A stretch of DNA of 64,000 nt from Candidatus Cloacimonadales bacterium (GTDB taxonomy: Bacteria; Cloacimonadota; Cloacimonadia; Cloacimonadales; JAIOQZ01), in NCBI GenBank assembly GCA_963662655.2, contig CAXXTU010000002.1:1952001-2016000 (forward strand). The letters run 5' to 3'. A program made the position numbers and the translations under genes. This document shows, piece after piece, positions 50,526 through 60,228 of this stretch. Under the pieces are notes generated by a model. That model worked only from the letters and a program-made list of their open reading frames with translations, was not told where the DNA came from and ran no database searches. Each line of letters begins with the position of its first letter. Position 1 is the first letter of the stretch.

Positions 50526-50635
50526 TGTCATCCTGAGCTGTGATTTTCTCGCGCAGCGAGATAAATCGAATCTCTCAACGGAGTCGAAGGATGGTAATAT
50601 ATTGAATGACCCTTCGACTACGCTCAGGGTGACAG
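50526..50635. repeat. REP-like family C inverted pair with an inserted hairpin
   Basis: TGTCATCCTGAGC-[insert]-GGAGTCGAAGG...CCCTTCGACTACGCTCAGGGTGACAG; the spacer is the reverse complement of the spacer at 47077. Confidence 0.75.
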
Positions 50636-50654
50636 TAAGGAATATCAACATACA

Positions 50655-52568
50655 CTACCCATAATTTTCTCTCCACTTCTCGAACACATACAGCGCCCAG
50701 AGGGGCTTGCGGTTGTCCCTTTTCCCCTCCAGGTGCTCATCGAGAAGTCTTCGGACTACCTCCGACCGGAATATCCCTGCTCGATCGATTCTCTCCGGAC
50801 AGAATATCCGTTCCATCTCGTCGCGTAAGTCGTTCTTGATCCACTTCGCGAGCGGTATCCCGAATCCCTTCTTCTTCCGGTAGAGAATCTCGTGGGGAAG
50901 GCGACTTTCCAACGCCTTCTTCAGGAGATACTTGCGGATGGTTCTCTTCATCTTGAAGCGTGAGGGTAGATTGTTGGCGAATTCGGCGAACTCCACGTCC
51001 AGGAAGGGCGTTCGGGCCTCCAACGAAACCATCATGCTGGCGCGGTCGACCTTAGTGAGGATATCCTCCGCAAGATAGAATCGCTGGTAGTTCCAGCCAA
51101 CCTCGTCCAGCCAGTCGCGAAAGGCCATCTTGCGAGCCTCCTCTTCAATCTGCTCGTAGGGATTCATATCGGCGATTTCGTGAAGAACCTCCGGTGTGAG
51201 GATATCTCTCTGCTGCTGTGGCGTGAACGCACCAAGCCATACCTGGTTGCGGACGCCTCGCGGATGATAGACACCCTTGAGAAAATGCTTGATCTTGAAA
51301 TCGAAGCTCATGTTACGGGTGGATACCGGCAGCTTCATCGCCAACGGCTTCAAGATGCTTCGATGCAGGAATTCCGGTATCATCTCATAGCGATCCGCCC
51401 AGTAGTGCGCCAGGAAAGGATCGTACCCCGCGAAAAGCTCGTCTCCGCCATCCCCGCCAAGGGCAACGGTCACATGCTTCCGCGTGAAGCGCGATAGCAG
51501 ATATGTGGGGATGATCGACGCGTCTGCGAAGGGTTCGTCCAGCTTCGACCATATCTCCGGCTGGATGTCCAGCATCGTTTTGGCTGTCAGGATATCCTCA
51601 TGGTGATCCGTACCGAATTTCCGGGCGACCTGCCTCGCCCAGTTCGATTCATCGAAGCTCTGTTCCTGGAAACCGATGGAGAATGTCTTGATGTTCCCGG
51701 CCGGCATCATCTCGGATAGGAGCGCGATCATGCTGCTGGAATCGATTCCGCCGCTCAGGAAGACGCCCAGCGGAACATCGCTCATCAGGCGCCGCTCCAC
51801 CGAGCGTTTGAGAAGCTCGATCAGCTCCTCGCCCAAAATACGCTCATCCTTACAGATGCCTTTTCCACCGAAGCGGGGCTCCCAGTACGGTTCGATCTTC
51901 GATGTACCGTTCTGCCAGACCAGCAAGTTACCTTGCGGAAGCTTGCGAATTCCCTTGTATATACTGTATGGAGCCGGCAGGTATTCGAAAGCCAGATACC
52001 GGCTCAAAGACTCGCAATCGAGCTCCGGCTGGATATGCGGATGCCGATGCAGTGATTTCAGTTCAGAAGCGAACGCGATGCCTTCCGCATACTCGCAATA
52101 GTACAGCGGTTTTTGCCCGAAGCGGTCCCTCGCCAGAATCAATCGTTCTTTCTTCGCGTCCCAAATCGCCAGGGAGAACATGCCGTTCATCCGGTTGATG
52201 AAATCGATGCCGTGTTCCTGATACCCGTGAACAATTACCTCTGTGTCTGTTTCGGACACGAAGGAATAACCTTTCGCGATCAGGTCCTCGCGCAACGTGA
52301 GGAAATTGTAGATTTCACCGTTGAACGTGATCCAGATATCGCCATCCGCGTTGGACATCGGCTGCCGCCCCGCATCGGAGAGATCGATGATGCTCAACCT
52401 CCGGTGACCCAGGCCGACAAACCACGGTGAATCCGCTACGAAGGCGCCGTTCGGGCGCAGGAATGTCCCTCGAGCGTCCGGACCGCGGTGCTCCAGCGCA
52501 TCGGTCATGCTGTCGAGATATTCACTGCCGATCTCGCGGCGGCTGATAAAACCGGTTATTCCACACAT
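50655..52568 (-). CDS. asnB: Asparagine synthase-type glutamine amidotransferase (second paralogue)
   Basis: MCGITG, HRGPD, LSGGIDSS, GDGGDELF, KVDRASM. Confidence 0.93.
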   Translation of the reverse strand: MCGITGFISRREIGSEYLDSMTDALEHRGPDARGTFLRPNGAFVADSPWFVGLGHRRLSIIDLSDAGRQPMSNADGDIWITFNGEIYNFLTLREDLIAKGYSFVSETDTEVIVHGYQEHGIDFINRMNGMFSLAIWDAKKERLILARDRFGQKPLYYCEYAEGIAFASELKSLHRHPHIQPELDCESLSRYLAFEYLPAPYSIYKGIRKLPQGNLLVWQNGTSKIEPYWEPRFGGKGICKDERILGEELIELLKRSVERRLMSDVPLGVFLSGGIDSSSMIALLSEMMPAGNIKTFSIGFQEQSFDESNWARQVARKFGTDHHEDILTAKTMLDIQPEIWSKLDEPFADASIIPTYLLSRFTRKHVTVALGGDGGDELFAGYDPFLAHYWADRYEMIPEFLHRSILKPLAMKLPVSTRNMSFDFKIKHFLKGVYHPRGVRNQVWLGAFTPQQQRDILTPEVLHEIADMNPYEQIEEEARKMAFRDWLDEVGWNYQRFYLAEDILTKVDRASMMVSLEARTPFLDVEFAEFANNLPSRFKMKRTIRKYLLKKALESRLPHEILYRKKKGFGIPLAKWIKNDLRDEMERIFCPERIDRAGIFRSEVVRRLLDEHLEGKRDNRKPLWALYVFEKWRENYG

Positions 52569-52572
52569 ATCC

Positions 52573-54258
52573 TTACGATGAAAGTTTCTTGGTTATAATC
52601 TTTTCGATGATGTAGTAGTCTTTTTTCTGACCCTCGAAGTAGATTCGCATCATGATCTCGCCCAAAAGCCCCATGATGACGATCTGGAAGCTTGATATCG
52701 CCAGAATTCCGAACATCAACAGGATGGAATCGATCGACACGGGAATGGGAAGGAATATCTTCGAGAGCCCGATGACGCCGAGAAGCACGGTGCCACCCGA
52801 AAAAATCTTTCGCGCTAGCTTTCCGAAGAACTGGATCGGGCGTGTCATGTAGTCTGAGAAGAATCGCACGACCAGCAAATCGAAGATCACGCGGGACACA
52901 CGAGAGAGGTTGTACTTGGCACGACCGTGGATGCGGGGATGGTGATTGACGGGGATCTCCGTTACGCGAACGCCGATCCAGGCTGCAAACACGGGAATGA
53001 AGCGGTGCATCTCTCCGTACAGATGAATGTTCTTGATGATCCCCCGCTTGTACGCCTTCAGCGTGCAACCGAAATCGTGCAGCGCGATGCCCGTACCCGA
53101 GATCAGCTTGTTGATGATCGCATTGGCGATTTTCGACGGTATCTTTCGTGTAACCATCTTGTCCTTGCGATCCTTACGCCAGCCGTTCACCAGATCGTAG
53201 CCCTCCGCCATCTTCGCCAGCAGTTTGGGGATGTCGGCCGGATCATTTTGGAGGTCGCCGTCCAGGGTGATGATCACCTTGCCGTGCGCATATTTAAAAC
53301 CTGCGCTGAGCGCGGCGGTTTGGCCGTAGTTCCGGCGGAACTGGATCACCTTGATGTGATCGTCCGCCATCGCCATCTTCTCCATGAGCTCCAGACTACC
53401 GTCCGTGCTACCGTCGTCGATCAGGATGATCTCGTATTTCTGGCGAAGCGGCTCCAGCGCGTTCCTGATCTGCTCGTGAAGTACAGGAAGATTCTCCACT
53501 TCGTCCATGATTGGTACGACAACCGAGAGATCAATCTCCTCTTCAGCCGGTTCAATCTCGAAGGCGGAAAGCATTTTCAGGGGAGCGATGTCGTAGGTTC
53601 TGTCCGAGAACTCCAGCCGGAGCGATCCGTTGAGCTCGTTTTCGGGATTCTTCTCCAGCACCTCGAGCTGCCGCTGGAATTCCATGACCTCCACCTGAGA
53701 AACGTTGTCCGCAAGCAGTTGATTCAGCACTTTTCGCGCTCCTTGCAGATTACCGCTCGTGAGATACACATACCCGAGATTCAGCTTGGCGAAGTAGTAC
53801 TTCGGGTTGATCTCGATCGCCTCATGCAGCACGTTCGACGCGCTGTTGTAGCTCCGCAGATTGTAGTACATCACCCCGATATCGTTGAGAAGCTCCGCGT
53901 TGTCGGGCTCGAGCTCGCGTGCCTGATTCAACACCTTCAGCGCTTGCTCGATCTTGCCCTGTTCATAAAGGATCAGGCCGTAGTTGTAAAGGTATTTGAA
54001 ATTGTTCGGCTCGAGATTGACGGCCTGGTGGAGAAGCTCGCTGCTACGCTCGTAATCGTTGAGCATCTTGTAGGCGTTTCCCAGAACCGAGTGAATCTCC
54101 GACTGGTTCTTGTCCTGTTCGAGCGCGAGTTCCCAATATTTTACAGCTTGCGGCAGGTCGTTGTCTTTGAAATACTTCAGGCCAAGCTTGAAGTAGTTTT
54201 TATTATCGTCCCGCTTAGACCCGTCCGATCGGAAAGCGAGGTTCTTGCCTGGATTCAT
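52573..54258 (-). CDS. TPR domain fused to an ArnC/DPM1-like GT2 glycosyltransferase
   Basis: About 5 N-terminal TPRs; IDDGSTD, RNYGQTAA, DGDLQNDP, GEMHRFIP, 2 C-terminal TMs; GGAGG RBS before ATG 54258. Confidence 0.88.
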   Translation of the reverse strand: MNPGKNLAFRSDGSKRDDNKNYFKLGLKYFKDNDLPQAVKYWELALEQDKNQSEIHSVLGNAYKMLNDYERSSELLHQAVNLEPNNFKYLYNYGLILYEQGKIEQALKVLNQARELEPDNAELLNDIGVMYYNLRSYNSASNVLHEAIEINPKYYFAKLNLGYVYLTSGNLQGARKVLNQLLADNVSQVEVMEFQRQLEVLEKNPENELNGSLRLEFSDRTYDIAPLKMLSAFEIEPAEEEIDLSVVVPIMDEVENLPVLHEQIRNALEPLRQKYEIILIDDGSTDGSLELMEKMAMADDHIKVIQFRRNYGQTAALSAGFKYAHGKVIITLDGDLQNDPADIPKLLAKMAEGYDLVNGWRKDRKDKMVTRKIPSKIANAIINKLISGTGIALHDFGCTLKAYKRGIIKNIHLYGEMHRFIPVFAAWIGVRVTEIPVNHHPRIHGRAKYNLSRVSRVIFDLLVVRFFSDYMTRPIQFFGKLARKIFSGGTVLLGVIGLSKIFLPIPVSIDSILLMFGILAISSFQIVIMGLLGEIMMRIYFEGQKKDYYIIEKIITKKLSS

Positions 54259-54602
54259 AGAGTCCTCCATAGTGGTGGATGGATGGCGTGTATCGAGCGG
54301 AAAAAAAGGCACATGGATAAGCAGGTGTAATGGATACCCCCGAAGAACACATTCTCATGGCCACTTCCCTGTGACATCATCGTAACTCATTCCTTTGATT
54401 TATGTTGCGTATCACGAACGCCTTGCGAAAGGATAACTTCCGCAGCATAATAGCATGGCATTCCCTTTTTTTCACATATTATCAATATGAAAGGATTGTG
54501 CCAAACATTGCAGGGCGTGCTTCAGATAGTGTCCGCGGAGCTAAAAATTAGTGATAAAGCGACTTACGGAAACAGTCTCAACGAAATTCACTCGATCGAC
54601 AA

Positions 54603-56909
54603 TCAGGAAAAATGTTTTCTGGGGAAATTATTTCCTTCCTTCGGCTTTGTCACTTCTTCGATCTTCAATACAAGTTGCTGCAAGGAAAGCGGTTTGATGA
54701 TTACGTCTCGGATTCCGTTCTTGCCGATGTCGATTTCATCTTGCCGCTCATGGAATCCGGTACAGATCATGATGGGCGTATCCGGCTTGATCCCGTGGAT
54801 GCTCCGGGCGACATCCAGTCCCGTGACCTCCGGCATCGCGAGGTCCGAGATCACCAAATCGTACTCGTCCGGTGAAGCCCTGAAAAGCTCGATCGCATCC
54901 TGCCCACTCGTTCGTGTAGTTATGCGATACCCGTAGGTTGTCAGCGCTTTGCGAATCATATCCACCACGAAGACCTCGTCGTCCACATACAGGATATGCT
55001 GGGGCGTTGTTTTCGTTCTCGATTCCGATTTTCCGGCAGCATTCGGCAGCGATACCTGCTTTGCCACAGGCAGGTAGACGTCGAAAATCGTTCCCTTGCC
55101 GACTTCGCTCTGCACATCGATCGCACCGTTCAGCGTTGAGACGATGCCCTGGACAATCGCCAGCCCCAGGCCAGAACCCTGATCCTTCGGTTTGGTTGAG
55201 AAATAGGGGTCGAAGATGCGGGTGATGATCGACTCGGGGATACCATGCCCCGTATCTTGCACACGGAGCAAGACATAATGGTTGTAAACGAGCTTCTCGC
55301 GAATGATCGGCGGGATGTTGTTGAAGGGTATGCTGGCAAGGGCGATGGTCAGAACGCCGCCACCCTTTTCCATTGCAAAAGCGGCATTCATACACAAGTT
55401 CAGCACAATCTGATGAATATGCGAGTTATCGGCCATCACAAAATACTGCGATTCAAGAACCGTCTCGACCTTCACCTTGTCCGGTATCAGCGATTTGATC
55501 AACTTCATCGAGTCCTCGATAACCTTGTACACGTTTACCGGAACAAGCTCCCAGTCTGTTCTGCGAGTGAACGTTGTTATCTGGCCGACAAGGTCCTTCG
55601 CCCGCGTGGCCGCGTGGATGATCTCCTGCAAATTCGAACGATTCTCCGGTTGATAATCCATCTCCATGTTGAGTAGCTCCGCGTAACCCAGAATCACGGA
55701 GAGGATGTTGTTGAAATCGTGAGCGATGCCTCCTGCAAGCGTTCCGATCGCTTCCATTTTTTGCTTGTGGCGAAGCTGTTGCTCAAGCATCTTCCTCTGG
55801 GTCAAGTCCCGTAGAATTCCCTGAACGAGAAAACCGTCGGAAGATTCGAGGTACGTTACGGACGCTTCGAATTCAATTTCTTCTCCGTCACGAGTTATCC
55901 CGGTGATGAAATATGTTCCCGAAACAGACTGCCTTTCCATGATCTTTTTTCTACGATCGATGAGCGCTTGGCGGCTCGAAGGGGCAACCAGCGTGAAGAA
56001 ATCGAAGTCCGTGCCCGTGATCTCCTCTCTCGAGTAACCGAAGGTGTCTGTAAACTTCTTGTTCACGATTTCCAGTTTATCGTTAACCATCAGGTAGATC
56101 GCATCATTCGAAGTCTCGATCAGTCGCCGGTATTTTTCCTCGCTGTCTCGAAGAGCCTTCTCTGCGTCCTCGCGCTCGATCGTCCGCTCGCGCAGCGTGG
56201 TAACCATCGAGTTGATGCCGTGCTGCAATCTCGAGAGCTCAGGTGAATTGTCGATATCGCGGATCGTGGCGGAATAATTTCCCTCTTCGATTTTCTGAAC
56301 ACAGGCGAGCATCCCGTTGATTCGTTTCACGACCTGCTTGATCATGAAGCTCGCAAGCGTTAGCGTCACAAGCATAACGGCAAGCGAAACAAGAATGACC
56401 AGGATAAGGAAATTGTTGCGATACGCGTACATCTCCGATTTGGTTATGGAGAGCACGAACAGCCAGTCCCACGAATCGAATACCGAGAATGTGGTGAAGT
56501 ACTTCACGCCCTCACTTTCAATCCATAGATAGCCGTTGTTCCTCTCGTACATCTCTTTGATAACTTCCTCAGGCACGATGAGGTTCTTCGGCTGCAAATC
56601 GTTTGCTCCCGCATTTCCCTTGATAATCGTCAAGCTGCCGGTCTCGCCGAACACATAGCCGAAATACTGTCGTAAAAACTCGTCCTGCTTCCGTTTGATG
56701 AAGTCCTGATTGGTGATGCCCCACTTCTTCATGGTCGAGTGAACTTGATTTGCCGAGAGGAGAACTCGATTCAATTCCTGAAGCATCTCCCGCTCGTACT
56801 GACCTCTGATGACTTCCTGTATCGTTAACCAACCGATTAAAATCAGCGCCAGTGTCATTAACAGCAACGACCCGCCGATGAAGAGTATGATCCGACTCTG
56901 CAATCTCAT
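54603..56909 (-). CDS. Hybrid sensor histidine kinase (Cache-HAMP-PAS-HisKA-HATPase-REC)
   Basis: GTLAGGIAHDFNNIL, NLCMNA, GSGLGL, C-terminal REC (VDDE..DLAMP..KP). Confidence 0.92.
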   Translation of the reverse strand: MRLQSRIILFIGGSLLLMTLALILIGWLTIQEVIRGQYEREMLQELNRVLLSANQVHSTMKKWGITNQDFIKRKQDEFLRQYFGYVFGETGSLTIIKGNAGANDLQPKNLIVPEEVIKEMYERNNGYLWIESEGVKYFTTFSVFDSWDWLFVLSITKSEMYAYRNNFLILVILVSLAVMLVTLTLASFMIKQVVKRINGMLACVQKIEEGNYSATIRDIDNSPELSRLQHGINSMVTTLRERTIEREDAEKALRDSEEKYRRLIETSNDAIYLMVNDKLEIVNKKFTDTFGYSREEITGTDFDFFTLVAPSSRQALIDRRKKIMERQSVSGTYFITGITRDGEEIEFEASVTYLESSDGFLVQGILRDLTQRKMLEQQLRHKQKMEAIGTLAGGIAHDFNNILSVILGYAELLNMEMDYQPENRSNLQEIIHAATRAKDLVGQITTFTRRTDWELVPVNVYKVIEDSMKLIKSLIPDKVKVETVLESQYFVMADNSHIHQIVLNLCMNAAFAMEKGGGVLTIALASIPFNNIPPIIREKLVYNHYVLLRVQDTGHGIPESIITRIFDPYFSTKPKDQGSGLGLAIVQGIVSTLNGAIDVQSEVGKGTIFDVYLPVAKQVSLPNAAGKSESRTKTTPQHILYVDDEVFVVDMIRKALTTYGYRITTRTSGQDAIELFRASPDEYDLVISDLAMPEVTGLDVARSIHGIKPDTPIMICTGFHERQDEIDIGKNGIRDVIIKPLSLQQLVLKIEEVTKPKEGNNFPRKHFS

Positions 56910-56913
56910 TCGC

Positions 56914-58068
56914 CTAATCCTGTTCAGGTTCCGCTATCTGGATTTCCTTGTATATATTGTCCGCCATCTCCAAAACGTTTATCGGCACGTCGAGGCCTAT
57001 TCTTCGTGCCGTTTCGAGATTGATGGAAAGCATCGGCGGCGATTGGAACTGGTTTTCCTGCTCTCCTGGAACCGCCCCGTTGATAATCCGACCGATCGCC
57101 TTGGCGATGAACAGCCCGACAATATCCGGCCTCTCGGTTTCCAGACTCATCAGCACACCATAAGGAACATCCTCGATTCCGGATTGAGAAAAGGTAGGAA
57201 CGTTATAGTTGAAAAAGGGTTCCAGCAGGGCAGGCATGTTCTCCGGAAGCATGGTTTCGTATTCTGTAAGGTATGCCGCGTCAACTTGGGGGGCTAATCG
57301 TTTATGGGCAGCGATCAAGTCTCGCAATGTCTCATCACGGTCAGGCCTGTCTTGAACGCAATGCTCCTCGACAACCTCGAATCCGAATAACTTGCTCATC
57401 TTGTGCACGGTTTCCAGCGCGGCATAGCTTCTTCCTGTGGGCGTATCCTCATACACGACACCCAGTTTCTTGAAACCAATAACATCGAAGAACGTTTGCA
57501 ACTGCATTTCATAACGATACGGAAAACTGGCAACGAATGTGTGGGGAAATCCATTGTCGTCGTAGGCGGGAATGATCTTCGACATGACGGGATCGGATGT
57601 GCTGAAAACGATCACGGGGGTATGGTGACGGTCATTCACCAGATCCTGCCCTGCCCACGTACCGGCTGCGAAAACCATGTCGATACCGCTATCTTCGGCG
57701 TTGAGGCGATCGATGATTTCGTCTCGTAAGAGAGCGCGTTTCGCGTTATCCCAATTCGCATCCCAAAACGCGTCTTTCACGAACTCGATCCGCTTGTTAC
57801 TTACCTGATCGTTAAGCCACAGCCAAACGCCGCGATTCTCTTCGTCGACCAACTCCTCCGGCAATTCATCGTACGTAATCCAACCGAATTCCTTCAGCCC
57901 CTGGATGATCCCGAGTAAGTTCTCAAAATAGTCTTTGTATTCACCTCCCTGATAAAGCGCAACCCGCCAGGGTTTCGACGGATATGTCTGCAGAGGAGAC
58001 TCGCCCTGCGCGGCAAGAAGGAATGCAAACAGTTGAATCAAAAGAATAAACGCAATTCTTGTTTTCAA
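56914..58068 (-). CDS. ABC-type substrate-binding protein (ABC_sub_bind-like) paired with the kinase
   Basis: Signal peptide; AGTWAG, STSDPV, INLETARRIG. Confidence 0.8.
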   Translation of the reverse strand: MKTRIAFILLIQLFAFLLAAQGESPLQTYPSKPWRVALYQGGEYKDYFENLLGIIQGLKEFGWITYDELPEELVDEENRGVWLWLNDQVSNKRIEFVKDAFWDANWDNAKRALLRDEIIDRLNAEDSGIDMVFAAGTWAGQDLVNDRHHTPVIVFSTSDPVMSKIIPAYDDNGFPHTFVASFPYRYEMQLQTFFDVIGFKKLGVVYEDTPTGRSYAALETVHKMSKLFGFEVVEEHCVQDRPDRDETLRDLIAAHKRLAPQVDAAYLTEYETMLPENMPALLEPFFNYNVPTFSQSGIEDVPYGVLMSLETERPDIVGLFIAKAIGRIINGAVPGEQENQFQSPPMLSINLETARRIGLDVPINVLEMADNIYKEIQIAEPEQD

Positions 58069-58463
58069 TATCCGCTCCCTTGTTTATCCTGGATTCTATC
58101 GAAATTTCTCAGAAAATCCTGTTACGTTTTCTAGGTTAACTCATTTCAGACCATGTAAAACCTAATATCAAACCGCCCGATATACAACAAAAACCATCGT
58201 TACGACGTAATAATTCTGGAGATAACCTCATTGATTGTTTATTTTTAACCATTCATCGCCATAAATTATATTCCTGCGTATGCGGATTTTCATATTGACG
58301 AACCTGAAAATTTGTTATACCATTTTATATAGTTAATTCTTTTGGTGATAAGAGTATTTACTGTGGCGAAGAAGCGAAAAGCTCCGTCAACGGGCCCGAT
58401 CATTAAAGGGCAGTGAAGAATCCTTTTCACAGCACAACATAACAAATTATACAGGAGAATGTT

Positions 58464-59072
58464 ATGAAAGAGAAGATTCTGCTGGTCGATGACGACGAAA
58501 ATCTCCTTCAGGCCCTTACGAGACACCTCAGAAAGCATTTCGATGTCGTAACCGCGACCGACGCAGTCAGGGCTCTGGAAATACTCGATGAAAATCCCGA
58601 TTTCCCTGTCATCGTTGCCGACCTGAACATGCCGGGGATGGATGGTATCGATTTCTTCATCAAGGCGAAGGAACATCACCCCAATGTAATACGCATCATG
58701 CTTTCGGGGAATATCGACTTCACTCAATCGGTCCGGGCCGTTAACGAAGGAAATGTCTATCGCTTCCTCTCGAAGCCTTTCCCGGCAAAAAAACTAGTAC
58801 AAGTTCTCGGTAATGCCGTGGACCAGTACAAGCTGAATGTCGCCATCTCAAATCAACTGGCATTACAGAAACAACTAGGGCAAACCATCTCGACTTGTTC
58901 TTATTGCAATCGTATCAAGGACACCGATCCGCTCGACGAAGACAAGATGATTTGGGAGCGCTTCGAGCTATATCTGTCTCGCAAATTCGGGTTCAGGTTT
59001 TCACACTGCGTATGCCCTGATTGCGTGAAGAAACTCTACGAAGAGCTTGAGAATATGCGGGAATTCAGCTAA
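58464..59072 (+). CDS. Response regulator with a C-terminal Cys/His zinc-ribbon-like tail
   Basis: REC (VDDD, DLNMP, SKP); CSYC...SHCVCPDC. Confidence 0.88.
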   Translation: MKEKILLVDDDENLLQALTRHLRKHFDVVTATDAVRALEILDENPDFPVIVADLNMPGMDGIDFFIKAKEHHPNVIRIMLSGNIDFTQSVRAVNEGNVYRFLSKPFPAKKLVQVLGNAVDQYKLNVAISNQLALQKQLGQTISTCSYCNRIKDTDPLDEDKMIWERFELYLSRKFGFRFSHCVCPDCVKKLYEELENMREFS

Positions 59073-59091
59073 AGGTAGCAAGGAGAAACGA

Positions 59092-60219
59092 ATGCACGAA
59101 GAAGTCCTCTTTGTTGATGATGAAGAAAACATCCTGAATTCATTCAAGAGATCGTTCAGGAACAAGCTTGCTTTTGACTGTGCCAATAGCGGGACAGAGG
59201 CCCTCGAGGCAATCAAGGAAAAGCCCTACGCGGTTGTCGTTTCCGACTACATGATGCCGGGAATGAACGGAATCGAGCTTCTCGCCGAGATCAGCCGGCG
59301 TGCGCCGGAAACCGTTCGGGTAATGCTGACCGGGCAAGCCGACATCACGACGGCCGTGAACGCCGTGAACGAAGGCCAGATATTCCGTTTCCTCACCAAG
59401 CCCTCCCCTCCGACAGAAATTCTCAAGGCGGTTCACGCGGCGATCGAGCAATATCGCCTGATCACAGCCGAAAAGGAGCTTCTGGGTAAAACCCTCCGGG
59501 GCAGCGTGAAGGTTCTCACCGAGATTCTATCCTTCGTCAGCCCGGTGGCCTCCGGCAAAACATCCCGCATTCAGCGCTACGTCAATGAGTTGACAGCGGA
59601 ATTGAATCTGGAGGAGGATTGGAAATTCGATCTCGCGGCGATGCTCTCGCTGGTTGGCTGTATCACCCTTCCGCCGGAGATCGTGGACAAGTATTTTGCC
59701 AACGAGAAGCTTACCGAGAACGAATTCGCGCTGTTCAAGGAACATCCGAAGGTGGCCAAGAAGCTTATCGCGAATATCCCCCGCCTCGAATCGATCGCGT
59801 ACATGATTTCAGGGCAACTCACGGATTACGCGGAGTTCCCCGATACGAAGCAGAAAATGCCGTTCGTCGTCGGCGCGCAACTCCTGAAAATCGCCATCGA
59901 TTTCGATTCGTTCATCAATCTCGGGCTTCATCAATCAGAGGCAGTCCAGCTCATGAAGAAGAAAGAGGGAGTTTACAATCCTCAATTGCTCGAAGCCCTG
60001 TCGAAAATCCAGATCGAGAAATCCAACTCCCGCGTGAGGATGGTTGAAGTGCGGTCTCTCAACACGCACATGATTTTCGATCAAAACGTAAATGCATCGA
60101 ACGGACTGGTGCTGGTTAGAAAGGGAAAAGAAGTCACATTCACTGTCATTGAACTTCTCAAATCCTTTTCCGAGGGGATTGGCGTGCAGCAACCGATCCG
60201 GGTAATCGAGTTTCTGTAG
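59092..60219 (+). CDS. Response regulator with a degenerate HD-GYP-like domain
   Basis: REC; LSLVGCITLP in place of HDIGK; AGGAG RBS before ATG 59092. Confidence 0.85.
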   Translation: MHEEVLFVDDEENILNSFKRSFRNKLAFDCANSGTEALEAIKEKPYAVVVSDYMMPGMNGIELLAEISRRAPETVRVMLTGQADITTAVNAVNEGQIFRFLTKPSPPTEILKAVHAAIEQYRLITAEKELLGKTLRGSVKVLTEILSFVSPVASGKTSRIQRYVNELTAELNLEEDWKFDLAAMLSLVGCITLPPEIVDKYFANEKLTENEFALFKEHPKVAKKLIANIPRLESIAYMISGQLTDYAEFPDTKQKMPFVVGAQLLKIAIDFDSFINLGLHQSEAVQLMKKKEGVYNPQLLEALSKIQIEKSNSRVRMVEVRSLNTHMIFDQNVNASNGLVLVRKGKEVTFTVIELLKSFSEGIGVQQPIRVIEFL

Positions 60220-60228
60220 GAGTGCATC

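Noticed and set aside
42879..52568. AsnB pair as lasso-peptide cyclases
   Set aside because: Both keep the N-terminal Cys glutaminase domain, sit among sugar-modifying genes, and no precursor peptide or B protein is visible.
54489..54503. Sigma-54 promoter for the glycan cluster (minus strand TGGCAC-AATCC-TTTC)
   Set aside because: The conserved -12 GC is missing, so the match is too weak to call.
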